Source: Paraspadella gotoi (Eukaryota; Animalia; Chaetognatha). Taken from it: 64,000 bases of DNA. A program made the position numbers and the translations under genes. Of the stretch, positions 49,901 to 62,358 are shown piece by piece (position 1 is the first letter of the stretch; every line of letters begins with the position of its first letter). The stretch is from assembly GCA_051294375.1 (NCBI GenBank), contig CM119270.1, forward strand, positions 1,083,238 through 1,147,237. The letters run 5' to 3'. Under the pieces are notes generated by a model. That model did not search any database. It had not been told where the DNA came from and was given only the letters and a program-made list of their open reading frames with translations.

Positions 49901-52900
49901 AATTATCGCTGCGCCCTAATTCGCCGATGGAAAACGAAATCGCGACTTTTTATGGCTTAAAACAAAACAAAACAAAACAACAATATACAAATTAGGTACA
50001 TTTTTCAAAACAACCTTCGCGCGCGTCTTCGTCATCGTCGTCGTCATCCCTATCGTTCGGTGGTTTGACGACGACGACTCATCCTTCCATCTCGTCTCTG
50101 CGTCGATCGAGTCACGGTCACTCCCCCTCCTCTTCCTCTTCCTCCGCCTCGCCTCTCTCCTCCTCCTTCTCTCTCTCCACTCTCAAAACTCCCACCATCG
50201 TCATGCCCGGGTGAGACTCCGCTATCATCATTGGATTGTGATTATTATCGTGTGTGATTGTGAATATATTTTGTCTTCTCTTTCCTCTGTTCTAATGTCT
50301 TGGACTATTTCCTTTTTCTGTGCGTTCAAAAAAACCAAAAAAACAAACCAAACTGCAGCTCGTCCCCGTGGATTCAACACAACGATTTCCGACCTTCCTA
50401 TTCCCCGATTCTATGCGGGAGCTCGACCAATCAGGGGTCGGGATTTCCGCCTCCCCCGCCGTTGACCAATCGGAGCTCTTCTTGGATCTCCGCGCCATCT
50501 CCCAATCTCTCTCTGGCGTTTCCTTTCGCTAATCGGCGAGCTTCCGGTCTCCTTCCGTGGACGGTTTCCTTCGTGGAGGTCGGTTTTTCACAGAACTCGA
50601 TTCATTTTTCCAATTTTAGCTTTTCTCACTTTTTTCTCATCAACTTCTCTTTCTCGCTCCCGCTTCTTCTTTTCTCTCTCCTTTATTTTTCTCTCCTACC
50701 TCCCTCTATCTTTTTTCTTACATCGCTCTTTTTATTTTCCTCACATCCATATCAAATTTTCACCACAATTAATTCGCATTCACTTTCTTCACTTAATAAT
50801 TTCAATCTTTCTTTTTCTGACTTCGTTTTTCCCGCCGCTCGTTTTCTCCTTCCGTTCGTCGGACTCTTCTCTTCTCGTTGTCGAACTAATTCACCCAAAT
50901 GTTTTCACTAACGTGAACTCGACGAATCTTTCTGACTTTCCGTCTCTCACAAATTGTCACCTTCACCCAAAAAAAAACATGACTTTTTTAAAACGAACCC
51001 CTGACTCTTCGGGCGAAGGCTCACTTGGGAACGGAGACCCTACCCAAGGGCGAGGTCATCCACTTTTTGCAACTAAACGCGGACACGCCGTTCCTGCGGC
51101 GCTGGCGCCTCTTTGGCTCCGCTAAATCCGTGAAAAAAGGCCGGAACTGCGAGCACATTGTCGCGGCCTATAAGGTAAAACGGAGCCGTGGTGGGGGGAG
51201 AGAATGTCGGAGCATGGGCGTGTCCTTAGGAAGGGAGAAGGGGGGGGTTATGTATCTCGCCGAAACTTCGCGATTCTTTCATCCAAGACTTTTTAACGTC
51301 AACGTTTTTTCTTCTTTCCTCTTTTTCAATTTCTCCGCTTTTTTTTTAGTTTTCCAACTCCTCGATTGTATCCCCTCGTAATTTCGGCCCGATTATGTTT
51401 TTTTCGTTACTCATTTTGTTTTGCGTCTTTTTTTTTTGTGATATTGATTTATTGAGAATAAATTTGATTCCTCTGCTTTTTCTTCTTTAATCGGTTGCAA
51501 ATTTATGTAGAAAAGCATGGACCAAACTGTGCCTCAATATCCTCCAAAAATACTTTTTAAAATTACATTTCGTATCATGCAAGTATTTATAATTTCTTTC
51601 GTTCTGTCGAGTTAATCTATCGCCAATAATCTCTAATCTTCGATCAGGATTTCGTCGCTCATCATTCGGTCGCCGTCTCTTCGCCCAACGCGGCCACGCC
51701 CACCACGCCAACGGTCTCCCCGCCTCCGCCCCTCGCGCCCTCTCGATCTTCGCCTCCTCTTCCACCGCCTTCCTCCTTCGCCTCCCATCCTCCGCCCACC
51801 GTTCATCAGGTTTTCTTCTTTCTGGTTGTTGTGGAGCAGAGTCATCATTTCTCATTTGCTTGTTGACGCTTTACTTTATTAGATTTCATTCTATTTCCTC
51901 GAAGGTTTATTATTTTTATTCTACAATGACAAAATATTGTTTTTGTGGTTCAGTTGACGGTTTAATAACCTAACCCTAACTGCTACAATATTTAAAGGAG
52001 ATTGAAGATGACAATCTCGATAAACTGTCAAGGTAAATATCCAACCCCCCCCTCCCTTTTAAACTTTATTTTCAGGGGTTGCCGCCTTCGGCGTCTCCAG
52101 CTGCGTCTCCCTCGTCGCCGAATCCGCCGCCGCCGCCGCCGCCGCATTTTGGGTTCGCCTCTCATTCGCGCGCCGCTCGAGTCAGGATCCTGAGGTGAGT
52201 CACTTTTTGATATTTGATCGATTGATCGATTGATCGATTATGTATTTGATTTGACTCGATCGATATTTCCGTCTTCCAGCGAATGCGACGCGCCGTCCGT
52301 TCTGACGTCGGACAAGTCTTGTTCTCTTGACGACGTCTTGCAACTTCTCCGTCTCCTCTACGTCATCTCTCAACACGACAAGCACAAACAGGAGAGCGAG
52401 CACGCCGAGGACGCCGTCGCCCAGGTCGGGGACGAGGAATCGTGGGGGTGGGGAAGAGACGGGAGGCCGATTACGGAGCCGTTTCTTGAGTAAAGAAGAG
52501 AGCCAGGCCCAGCCGACCTGGTCACTGGTCACCCACTTTCCCATCCTCTCCCCCATATTTTCTTCGTCTGTTCCACCTTCATTAAACAACATTCCGGCTG
52601 TAGCCTCTTAAAGCTTTGTCTTACTCCGAAGACACTAATATTTTGCTTTCTTTCATCCAGGCCGCCTTGATTGTCCCTCCGGAAGAAATTCAGAGCTTGA
52701 AGATCACAAACAAACTCGTTCAGCAAATCCAGGTTCGTCAGTTTGACAAATTAAACAAAATTATTGTCATTTCTATAAATCTGAAACCCAAAAGTAAGGC
52801 ATATATCGAAACAAAACGTAAACGCTTGCCGCTTTGAATAATTTATTAATATATGCGAATGAGATTGATATACTAAATCTCGTGATTTAGGATAATCCTT

Positions 52901-55900
52901 ATCCTCTTATATTTCTCTCCCCCCCCGATCCAGGATCCATTGGTGCTTGCGTCCGGCGCTCTACCCGAATGGTGCGAAAAATTAACCTCCAAGTGTCCAC
53001 TCTTGTTCCCATTCGAGACGCGGCAACTTTATTTCAACACGACCGCCTTCGGAACTTCGAGGTGATGACGGAAATTAAATCTTTTATCGGCGACTATGCA
53101 GATTATGTTCGTCAATTTCATTTGCATATTGCCGTGTTTTAATATAGATCTATAATTCTATATGGCTCTATATATGGATGTATGAAAAAAAGAGCTCAAG
53201 ATACTCCAACCAAATATGGACTAAATACTACTCAAAACTTTTAGCATCCGGCTAATCAAATACAACGCTCGTTCGGCTGGAAAAAAGAACATATTAATAC
53301 AAATCTATGAATATTTATAGAAAACGCCAGTATAAAGATATAAAGATGGGCTCTTTAAATATTAAAATATAATGATCTTTGATTTGTTGAAAATGTGGTT
53401 CAACTCAAATTATCTTCGACATATTTCCGTTATTTCCCGGTTGCCCTTTCGCTTTTGTTCCCCCCGTAAAACTCGAGGTTACGATCCTTTCCAGGGCGAT
53501 CGTTTGGCTGCAGAATCGAAGAGACGCGACGATGGATCGTCACCGAGGTCCATCGCCGAGAGGTAAGTAGAGAACCCACCCAAACTCCCTCACCCGCAAC
53601 CAACCTTACCTCCAAACATCCACCATCCAGGCGGGAGAGAAGAGGCTCACGATTTCCGCATCGGTCGCCTCAAACACGAACGCGTCAAAGTCCCGCGCGG
53701 CGACGATCTTTTCAATTGGGCCACGAGGCTCATGGACTTTCACGCCGATCGAAAGGCCATTTTGGAGGTCAGGATTGCTATTGCTGTCTTTACTTCTCTT
53801 CTCTTCTCTTCTCTTCTCTTCTCTTCTCTTCTCTTCTCTTCTCTTCTCTTCTCCTCATCTTCATCATCCCTCCCCCCACTTCTCTAAGATCGAATTCGAC
53901 GGGGAAGAAGGGACCGGCCTCGGTCCTTCCCTCGAATTCTTCGCTCTCACCGCCGGAGAATTTCAACGCAAGGATCTCCGCATGTGGCTGTGCGACGACG
54001 ACGACGACGCCGACGACGCGATCGGCGCCGACCGGACCGACGACGATGTGGAGATGGAGTTGGCGACGGCGGCGGAGGATGAGGCGGATGTGGACGAAAG
54101 GTTTGGAGTGGGAGAAGGGTGTGCTTAGAGATGATGTTTCGGAATGCTGGATAATGAAATCCTTTTTGAACTCTCTTGAAAAGAATAACTTATTTTATTT
54201 TTAGTCTATTTTCTAATAACTCATAAATTATTAAATATTTTAGTGAATTTCGACATTACGTCAATGAGATTTAGGAACTCGGCAAATAACTCCATCATTT
54301 TTTCTTCCCAGTCACCCTCCCGCCATCGAATCAGCAGCTGCCAACGCTGCTACGCCGGCCTCCACTCCAGGTGGGTCACGTCATGCGTTTTATTCTTTGA
54401 TAATTAATCCATTCGAGTCTCTCAATTTCTCATCTAAACGTGAGCTAAATTAAATTTAAATATTGAATAGTTTGATCAACTTATCTTTCAGACTCTGCCG
54501 ACAGCAGCGGGCCGAACTCTTCCTCCTACGAGACGGACGGCGAAACGATCTCAACCGCTAAACCCAGAGGGTAAGTCGCGTAACTCACCCGCTCCTCTTG
54601 TACCCGGGATGATATCACCTCCCCCCACCCTCATCCCTCTTTTTCTCCCCAGCTACTACGTCAGCCGCTCCTCCGGCCTCTTCCCCGCTCCTCTCCCACA
54701 AGACTCCCAACTCTGCGCCCAAGTCTCCGAGCATTTCCGCCGTCTGGGCATCTTCTTGGCCAAGGCATTGCAAGACTCTCGCCTGGTGGACATCCCTCTG
54801 TCCAAGCCTTTCCTCAAACTGATGACGATGGGTGATTTGGGTTCGTCCTTCATCGATTCCTTCCGAACTCCGTCGTCGTCGCGTAGTCTTTGCGACTCGA
54901 TGGTCTCTTCGGTCAACGAGCGCCTCTCCTCGCTCGATTTGGCCGGCGCCGGCGCCAAGGCTAAAGGCGCTGAGCCGTGGTGAGTGTTGAAAAGAGATTA
55001 GAGAGGGAAAAGATGGTCATTGGTCACTTTGTGACGGGGCTGGTTATTTCCATTTTTTGCTTTAACGTTGCACCTTTTTTTTTGCGTGTGTGCGGTTTAT
55101 TAAACTCGTATTTTGTTTTTTTCACCCACTCGTGTTATGTGTGTCACATCGTCCCATTCCCCTTTCCCCCCTCCCCCCTTTCCCCATTCACACCGTTTGT
55201 ATTATTTATTCTCCCTTTAACAATGTTTCCTTCGGTTCTGTTTCGAACTTCCCGTCTCGTCCTCACCCTCGTTTAGTTCTCCCTGCCTCCTCGATCGCTT
55301 CATTCGATCTTTCTCTTACACATACAACATGTTCTATTACGTTTACTCCAGATATCACGAAATCAGGTGGCGAATTTTTTTTTTGGGTGAATGTCGTCAC
55401 GGGATGAATCCTCAATTTAAAGATTTTTCTACAATATATTACGTATTTGTTATGATTAAGTAGTAAATAGATTTGTCTCGTCGCTACGTTTGATTGCCCG
55501 TTCGAATGTTTTATTTCTCTGGTGAAATCAAGATATAGAACGAATTTTAGGCTAAGAAAAATGTCGCTCCCTGACGCTCGAATCTAAAAAAAATTTCCCT
55601 CCGAAAAACATTCGTCCCCCGCCTTTCTTCATTTTTGCTTAATATAAATTTTCTTTCCAATCGGATAATGTCTACTAATTTTTTCTTCACGTCCAGGTTT
55701 TCCGGGGTTTTGACCCAGAGCGACTTTGAAGAGATCAACCCTCACATGGCCAAGTTCTTGGCGCAGCTGAAACTCTTGGTCGAGGTAAGTTCATAAAAAT
55801 CCGATGAGACAAGGTGAGGCTAATTATCCCTCCCCCCCCCCTCCCGCAGGCCAAAGAAGCCGTCCTTGCCGACTCTCGCCTCTGCGAAGCGGAGAAGGCT

Positions 55901-58257
55901 GCTGCTCTTGCGGCGCTGACGATCCCGGGCGCCAAGACCGGAAGTACGGCCGCCAATGACGCCGCAGCAGCCGTCGCCGAAAGAGAAGCAGCCGCCGTCA
56001 GACTGGAAGACTTGGCGCTCAACTTTCAGTATTTCCCGTCGTCGAAGGTTGGGGAGATGGATATTATTCCTTTAACTGATGTTTTATATTGTAGCAAATT
56101 GTATATCTTTTTTATATTGAAAGATAAATAAATTTCGACTGATAGCGAAAAAGACATCATCATATGCCAGTATAATGATAATTCCGTATCATTTTTATTA
56201 TATAAAACGCTGAAAGATTTTGCGTTTATGCATCGCTTTAAATCGCTTTATACATATTAGTTTATGTGATTCTTATTATTCGGCTTTAAAAGGTTTCATG
56301 GACTTGATTAAAAAGTTTAGCCCAAAAACTTATTAATTTTTCGGACAAAAAACCGATACATTTAAAATTTAAATTTTCCATGCTGTAATATGCAAATTAA
56401 ATTTTTAGCGTCAGAAGTATTGAAGAGGGATAAAAAATTTAAAATATTATAATATATTATGAATTAAATTAAATGATTTATGAAATTGGTACAACCAATA
56501 TAAAAATTATCCATTCATTTAAGAAATAAGCTATCTTGTCCCTGACTTTGGACAGGCTTTGGTGGTTTAAGGCCTCCATCACACTTACAAGATAATAACA
56601 TAGCAGGTTTCTGCAAGCTTTCAATCAAGACTCTCTCACAGTCTTATTTATTCACTCCCAGTGAACCTGGCTTCCCTATCAATGAAGTGGTATAATATTT
56701 CAAAGAATGTTTCAATTGTATGAAAAAACCACTCTCTTAAGTATTAGATCGGGGAATACTAAATTGTACTCCGCACTAGCATCAAAATACAAGGAGCTGA
56801 ATTTTATGAAATTGGTACAACCAATATAAAAATTATTATATTACTCTTTGTGCAGATTTTCGGTCTTGAGGCCGTGGATCTGTTGATGGGCGGAGAGGAC
56901 AAAGATGTTACTCTGGACAACGTGGAAGAATACATCGATTTGATGACAGAGTTTTGTCTTAACTCGGGAATCAAGAAGCAGATGGACGCATTCAAGGGTA
57001 AGGACTTTGTTTGTTAATGTAGCAGAGTAATTTGTGGTTCTTTTCAAATGAGATTGAGTTCTTCAATATCATTTACATATTGTAGTAGTTTAGATAATTT
57101 TTTAATCTTTTGATACTATTTTCTTATAAGTCTTATTTGATTATTTTAGCAACACTTTTAATAGGGTTTGATAATGATACAGTTAAGATTAAGTAATAAA
57201 TATCTTCTAAACGTTTTTATCGACTTTTTCAGCGGGCTTCTGCCGCGTGTTCCCCATCGAGAAGCTGCACACTTTCTCCCCGGAGGAGCTCCGTCTCATG
57301 ATGTGCGGTGATCAGTTCCCTTCGTGGACTCGAGAAGACGTCCTCGCCTTCACGGAGCCCAAACTCGGCTACTCTCGCGACAGCCCGGGATTCGTGCGAT
57401 TCGTCAATGTCCTCGCAGCGATGAATGGTAGAAAAGGGATGGAAGAATGAATCAAATGAATGGTGAAAAGGGGATCAATGAATGAATCGAAAGAATTATT
57501 AAAAGGGGATTAATATAAATGGTGGAAAATAAATCGATGAATGGTGAAAAGGGGATCGAAGTGTGAATTGATGAAAGGTTAAAAGGGGATCGATGAATTA
57601 ATTGATTAAAAAGGATCAATGAATAAAGGAAACTATGAAGGGTGGAAAAAGGCTCGATGAATAAATGAATCGAAGAATGGTAAAAAAAATCGGGGAATGA
57701 ATGAATCATATGAAATGTGAAAAATGAATCGAATGAATGGTTGAAAAGGGGGGGACAATGAATGAATATAGTGAATGGTGAAAGAGAATCAATTAATGAA
57801 GGGTGGAAAAGGGATCGAGGAATAAATGAATCAACGTCAAGAAGAGATTGGAATCGATGAATGGTGAAAAGAATCGAATGAATGAATGAATGAATTAATC
57901 TATGAAAGCGATGGAATCGTTTGACTATGAAATGAAATCAATTGAGGAATCTTGTCAGGCGAAGAGCGAAAATCTTTCCTCCAATTCACCACCGGCTGCT
58001 CGTCTCTGCCGCCGGGCGGACTCGCCAACCTTCATCCTCACCTCACCATCGTGAGGAAAGTCGACGCGGGTAAGTTCTTTCCATTTCTATTCTTAGTAAC
58101 AAAGATATTAGTTTCCCTTTCTTCGTCAGGCGACACGGCTTACCCTTCCGTCAATACTTGCGTCCACTACCTCAAGCTCCCCGAATATTCGAGCGAAGAG
58201 GTTTTGAAGGAGCGATTGTTGGCGGCGACGCACGAGAAGGGATTCCATCTCAACTGA
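27838..58257 (+). CDS. HECTD1: HECT-type E3 ubiquitin ligase HECTD1 (ARM, ankyrin, SUN, MIB/HERC2 and HECT domains; roughly 50+ exons)
   Basis: [45 protein letters not shown]; ankyrin [19 protein letters not shown]; SUN-like [22 protein letters not shown]; MIB/HERC2 [16 protein letters not shown]; HECT end [20 protein letters not shown]...[20 protein letters not shown]...[10 protein letters not shown]. Confidence 0.97.
28439..28745 (+). repeat. Structured interspersed repeat family 1, copy A (intronic)
   Basis: Clearly homologous to the reverse complement of 47677-47930. Chain of hairpins. Confidence 0.85.
32108..35407 (-). CDS. Nested antisense FLYWCH-like + C2H2 zinc-finger gene. Exons 35407-35321, 35209-34718, 34480-34359, 34277-32108; about 956 aa.
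   Basis: The exons splice in phase (first donor GC, others GT). N-terminal VIYKDNIY...TWRCDYRHC...HVH (FLYWCH-like), then C2H2 fingers, DRDEDES repeats, a Q-rich region and C-terminal C2H2 fingers. It lies in the HECTD1 intron between DKARER (ends ~31867) and NDEGHREV (starts ~35858). Confidence 0.85.
33745..33972 (-). repeat. Coding tandem repeat ([14 protein letters not shown], 21-bp units) in the nested gene
   Basis: Repeated cccgatcggattcgtct and tctttatcccgatc units. Confidence 0.9.
38550..38592 (+). pseudogene. 3' half of tRNA-Leu (variable arm, T arm, acceptor strand) plus encoded CCA
   Basis: AGTCTCTTCGGAGGCGTGGGTTCGAATCCCACCGCTGCCA-CCA matches my recollection of the metazoan tRNA-Leu(AAG/TAG) 3' half. 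The 5' half is absent and replaced by a T-run. Confidence 0.85.
38593..38900 (-). mobile_element. LTR-like fragment abutting the tRNA-Leu/PBS-like sequence
   Basis: Minus strand has two AATAAA signals (around 38615 and 38642) upstream of TGGTGGCAGCGG, and a CTGATTGGTCAATCAG palindrome near 38840. There is no canonical TG..CA end. Confidence 0.35.
39951..40140 (+). repeat. Structured interspersed repeat family 2, copy C (intronic)
   Basis: Homologous to 56569-56750: aaggcctccatc..cttacaagat..ctgcaagctttcaatcaagactctc..ttcactcccag..acctggcttc..atgaagtggta..caattgtat..accactc..attagatc. Confidence 0.85.
40787..40978. repeat. (GA)n microsatellites
   Basis: Two long GA tracts. Similar (CT)n tracts occur at 3402-3432, 11541-11587 and 14366-14420. 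Confidence 0.95.
43186..43615 (+). repeat. Four ~113-119 bp tandem units spanning a HECTD1 exon end and containing (TTTAAG)n
   Basis: aagattcgccgaccgacgatggtt...tcgcatgtttt...gggttatgatttaaa...(tttaag)n occurs four times. Confidence 0.95.
47677..47930 (-). repeat. Structured interspersed repeat family 1, copy B (possibly extends to ~48130)
   Basis: Reverse-complement homolog of 28439-28745. Confidence 0.85.
48650..49000. repeat. Polypyrimidine TTTCTATTC-type low-complexity satellite
   Basis: Repeated ttctattcttt units. Confidence 0.9.
56530..56762 (+). repeat. Structured interspersed repeat family 2, copy D (intronic)
   Basis: Homologous to 39951-40140, with extra flanking hairpins. Confidence 0.85.
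57429..57925. repeat. Degenerate GAAT/ATGAATGGTGAAAAGGG satellite filling a HECTD1 intron
   Basis: Repeated atgaatggtgaaaag(g)gatc units resembling the exon end/donor ATGAATG|GTAGAAAAGGG. Confidence 0.8.
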
Positions 58258-59584
58258 GAATCCCGCGCGTCTCGAAAAACACATTTTCGTCTCAAGATAT
58301 TTGAAGGAGAAAGCGCGTTCAGCATCTCCCTCTTCTTAACTAGAACGAACAAAAAGAAAACGCTGGCAATCTTGCAAACTGATAAGCGACGTTTCTACAA
58401 TCTACATATATATATATATATATATATCGACGTTTAAACCTTTAATAGCGTAAGCGACAAAAAAAAAAAGTCTATTTGTTCCGTAGAAAAAGTAGAAAGT
58501 AAAGAAACTAAATCCCGATGATGATGCGTTTTAGACATCGATGCATTTTTGTTTCATCATTTATTGATAAAATTATTATAACATTACATTTAGTAGATCT
58601 TTGTAAGATCCCGATATTTTAGATTCTGTTTTTCTTTTATCCCTTTCACTCTGTATCGTATCGATATTTTTCCTCCTCCCCCCCAACCAATTCTTTATCA
58701 TCGACTATATTTTTCGGTGTAGCTAATTAAATAGAAAAAGGAAAAGTGCTTACAAAAAAAAACCAGTTCTATATCAAAAAAGTGACTACAATAAAACGAC
58801 AAAACTACTACTATTTGAGTTTTGATGCTTCCTTTCCCCCTTCTACTCTCAAAATTCAAACGCATTCTTTCCGGTTGTGACCTTTCCATTTTCCCATTTT
58901 TCCCATTTTTTCATTTGTTGTTTTACAAAAAAAAAAAAAAAAAATTCTCTTAAGTCGTAGAAACAAAACTTTTTTTTTTGCTTTTTTTTTCTCGTAAAGT
59001 TCGTACTTTAGCTACTTTAGCTACTTTTCATGGTGATAACAAAAAAAGTTTCTTCTTTGAAAACCCCGCTCATTATTTTTTTTCTCTCTTTCTCGAAAGT
59101 GCAGTGGAATTTATCACGATTTCCTAATTAGGTTTCGAAGATGAAAACGCAAGAAATTTAAAAAAAAAAACAAAAAAAAACCAACAACTTTTTATAGAGA
59201 GAAACTTGAAGCCGTGAGGGGCACTGAAAGATTCGACCCCTTTCAGTCGGGACTGAACGACTCGCGGGTCGGCGGCTTTTGATACTCCACGTCCACAATC
59301 AACATCCCAACTCGTTTCACCCTTTTTTATATTAAAATATATTATATATATATTATATATGTAAAATATGTAGAATTTCAAAACCCCATCGCTCATGTTG
59401 CTCTTCAAATCCATCAACTGAAGCGCTTGAACCATTTTTGGGGAAAAAATATCGTTCAGTTTCCCGGTTTTCTTTTTGTTGCCGATTTTAATTTCCTTGT
59501 TTTTTTTTTTCGTTTTTTCCAGTATTTGTATTTTTTTTTCTCCTCACCTTAAGTGGATAATAAACTTGAAATCCACCCCCCGAA

Positions 59585-59597
59585 ATTCACCCCCCCC
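59585..59597 (+). promoter_or_regulatory. YY1-like site (CAAAATGGCG) upstream of the MBOAT gene
   Basis: Match to the AANATGGCG core about 210 bp upstream of the ATG. Confidence 0.3.
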
Positions 59598-59806
59598 TCC
59601 ATAAACAAAATGGCGTCTTAAAAGTGCAGCGGAGATTTTCTCTAATCAACTCAGGATCTCCGACTTTATTATTTTTGTTTTTATATCGCTTATATATCTA
59701 ATTCCTTACTCTTCGCAAATCGAATCAACGCCCCCGAAACAACAACAACAACAACGAAAACGCATTATAATTTAAACAAAAACGAAAAACAGAAAGAGAA
59801 GCGAGG

Positions 59807-62358
59807 ATGGTGGCGGTGGGAGAGTTCAACGCGGGCAGCGTCCTCCTCGCCCCGCTGGTGGATCGCGTCGGCCTTCCGCTCGATCAAATCAATTTCCTCG
59901 TCTGTCAATTGACGGCGCTCTTCCTTTCCTTTCCCTTCCGCAAGTTGCTGCATCCGGCCAAAGTCTCTCCCGTCCTCCGTCACGTGGTCGAGATCCTCGT
60001 CGGATTCTCCCTCGCTTACTTTTGCTTCGGTTATCAGGTTTCTTTTTTTAGAGGGGAAGACCGGAAGACTAAGAGGGGAAGACAGGGAGTGGGGAAAGTT
60101 TGGCGCGGGGCGGAGATTGAGCCTTGGAAGTTGGAGGAGATTTAAAAACCCTGGGAAATAAACGGAGAACCCTCGTTGACTTTTGATCGATTTTTTTTTT
60201 TTAAATCATTTTTTACCAAACCGTTTTCATTAACTTGTGCTTAATTCGAATAAAATTTTGGTTAATTTTATAATAATTTATTTAAAATGTTTTTTCATCA
60301 AAGCTCACCTCCTCCTCCTCCCACCCAAAAGGTCCTCCACCTCCTCGCCGTCTCCACCCTTTGCTATGCCTGCCTCCTCCTCTTCCGCCCTTCCACTGCG
60401 CAGCGTCTCGTTCTCGCCATCGCCATGACTTACCTTTCGATCGTCCACATCTACCGAATGTACTACGACTACGGCGGTTACACCCTCGACGTCACGGGTC
60501 CCCTCATGGTCCTCGTCCAACGCGTGACGGCGCTGGCCTTTTCCGTCGGCGACGGAACGCTGCCCGAGGATCGCCTCTCCCCCGATCAGCGTGAGCAGCG
60601 CGTCCGGTCCGTACCGACTCCGCTCGAGTTCTACTCGTACATGTTCTACTTTCACGGAGTTCTTTGCGGACCGCTCTGTTTCTACGCCGACTACAAACGG
60701 TTCGTCGAGGGAAGAAACTATCGACGTCGATCCGACGGATCTTGGGACGAGGAGACGACGGCGACGCCGGAGCAGACGCCCTCGCCGCTGCTGCCGCTGC
60801 TGCAGAAGACGGCCTACGCCGTGGGCTGCGCCTACGTGATGACCGTGGTGTCGCCGTCGCAGCCCACGGACATGCTCGTGGATCCGGCGTGGATCGCCGC
60901 TAATCCCTTCCACGTGCGACTGTGGATCCTGGTCAAGAACGTTGGGTGGGTGCGGGGGCGGTACTACCTGGCCTGGGTGTTGGGCGACCTTATCAACAAC
61001 AACGCGGGTGAGGAAGGGTCGGGTGAGAGAAGGTAAGGGAGGTAAGGGACTAAGATATTGGGAGATAGCGTTGCTGGATAAGTTTTTTTTTTACATTTTG
61101 AATGAATGATTTAAAACGCTCGAAAGTTAAAACAATTTATGGACACAAACTTTTGATATGTTTTATATTTATTTTTGTGAACTTCTTTATAAATAAAACT
61201 TTAGTTAATTACGATTACTTAATAATTATCATTGATCGTCGTTTAATATTAATTTGTATTAATCGTTATCATTTCATACAAATCACGTGATATCAGTTAG
61301 AATAACCTGAATAATAGAATAATCAAGGCGTTTTTAAACCCATAACGAAACTTATATATAATTGTCATGGTCGACTGTTACTCTGTTTCTGTTTTCTCTA
61401 TCTCTCTCCCTCCCCACCTCTCTCTGTCTCCCTCTCTCTCACGTTTCCCCACCAGGTCTCGGCTACAGCGGCGTCGACCCCAAAACTGGTCGCGAAAAGT
61501 GGAGCCTCTGCAAGAACGTCGACATTCGCCGGATCGAGATGTCGACGTCGTTGAAGGTCAGCCTCGACTGTTGGAACAAACAGACGGCGCTTTGGCTGCG
61601 GAGGATCGTCTACGACCGACTGCCCAACGCCTACAATCTCTACGCCGTCTACTTTATCTCAGCTTTGTGGTGAGGAATCTTTAAGGGGAGTGAGGGGTGA
61701 GAGCTTGGGGTGTTGGGGAGATTCAGTCAAGTTTGTACACGATTTCATGATGGAATACAATGGTCCTAGTTAACTGTTGCGGATAAAGTTATTGAATTGG
61801 GTTGTAAAATTAATTTACATTGGAAGTAAAATTCATCGATTCTGTTATAAAAAGATCAAAATGGGTTTATGGTTTAATTTTGCGAGAGTGAAGTTATTTC
61901 AAAATTAAGCTGAAGTCCATCCTTCCTTCCTTCCCCCACCCCTCTCCCATAGGCACGGCTTTTACCCCGGCTACTACGTGACTTTCTTTTCCGTGGCTTT
62001 CCTCACCCAAGCCGCTCGCAAAGTCCGCCGCAATTTCCGCCACCACTTCCAGTCCTCACCCCAGTTGGCGTTCTTTTACGACGCCCTCACCTGGATCAGC
62101 GCCCGCGTGGCTTGCCCTTACCTCGCCTCCCCTTTCCTCTTTCTCTCCCTCCGCAAAACTTGGACCTTTTACTCTTCTTATTACTTTTTCCTGCATCTCG
62201 GATCCGCGGCCATCATCCTCCTGCTCCCGGACGGGCGGTCGTCCAAGGGAAACGGGGCGGGGAACAAGGCTGCGGCGGGGGCGGTGACGGGGCCGGAGGA
62301 AGGGAAGGAGGCCAAGGAAAAAATAAGCGGGGACGAGGTGGATAAGAAGGTGGATTAA
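59807..62358 (+). CDS. Membrane-bound O-acyltransferase, lysophospholipid acyltransferase MBOAT1/2 (oysgedart)-like. Exons 59807-60037, 60332-61007, 61456-61669, 61953-62358.
   Basis: LPLDQINFL.CQL.AL, YDYGGYTLDVTGPLMV, GP..FY.DY..F.EG, YY.AW.L.D.INN.AGLG, WN.QTA.WLRRIVY.R and catalytic-His motif ISALW|HGFYPGYY. C-terminal KKVD* is a KKxx ER-retrieval signal. Confidence 0.92.

Noticed and set aside
51966-51981. Telomere-like TAACCTAACCCTAAC
   Set aside because: There are only about 2.5 units, which is expected by chance.
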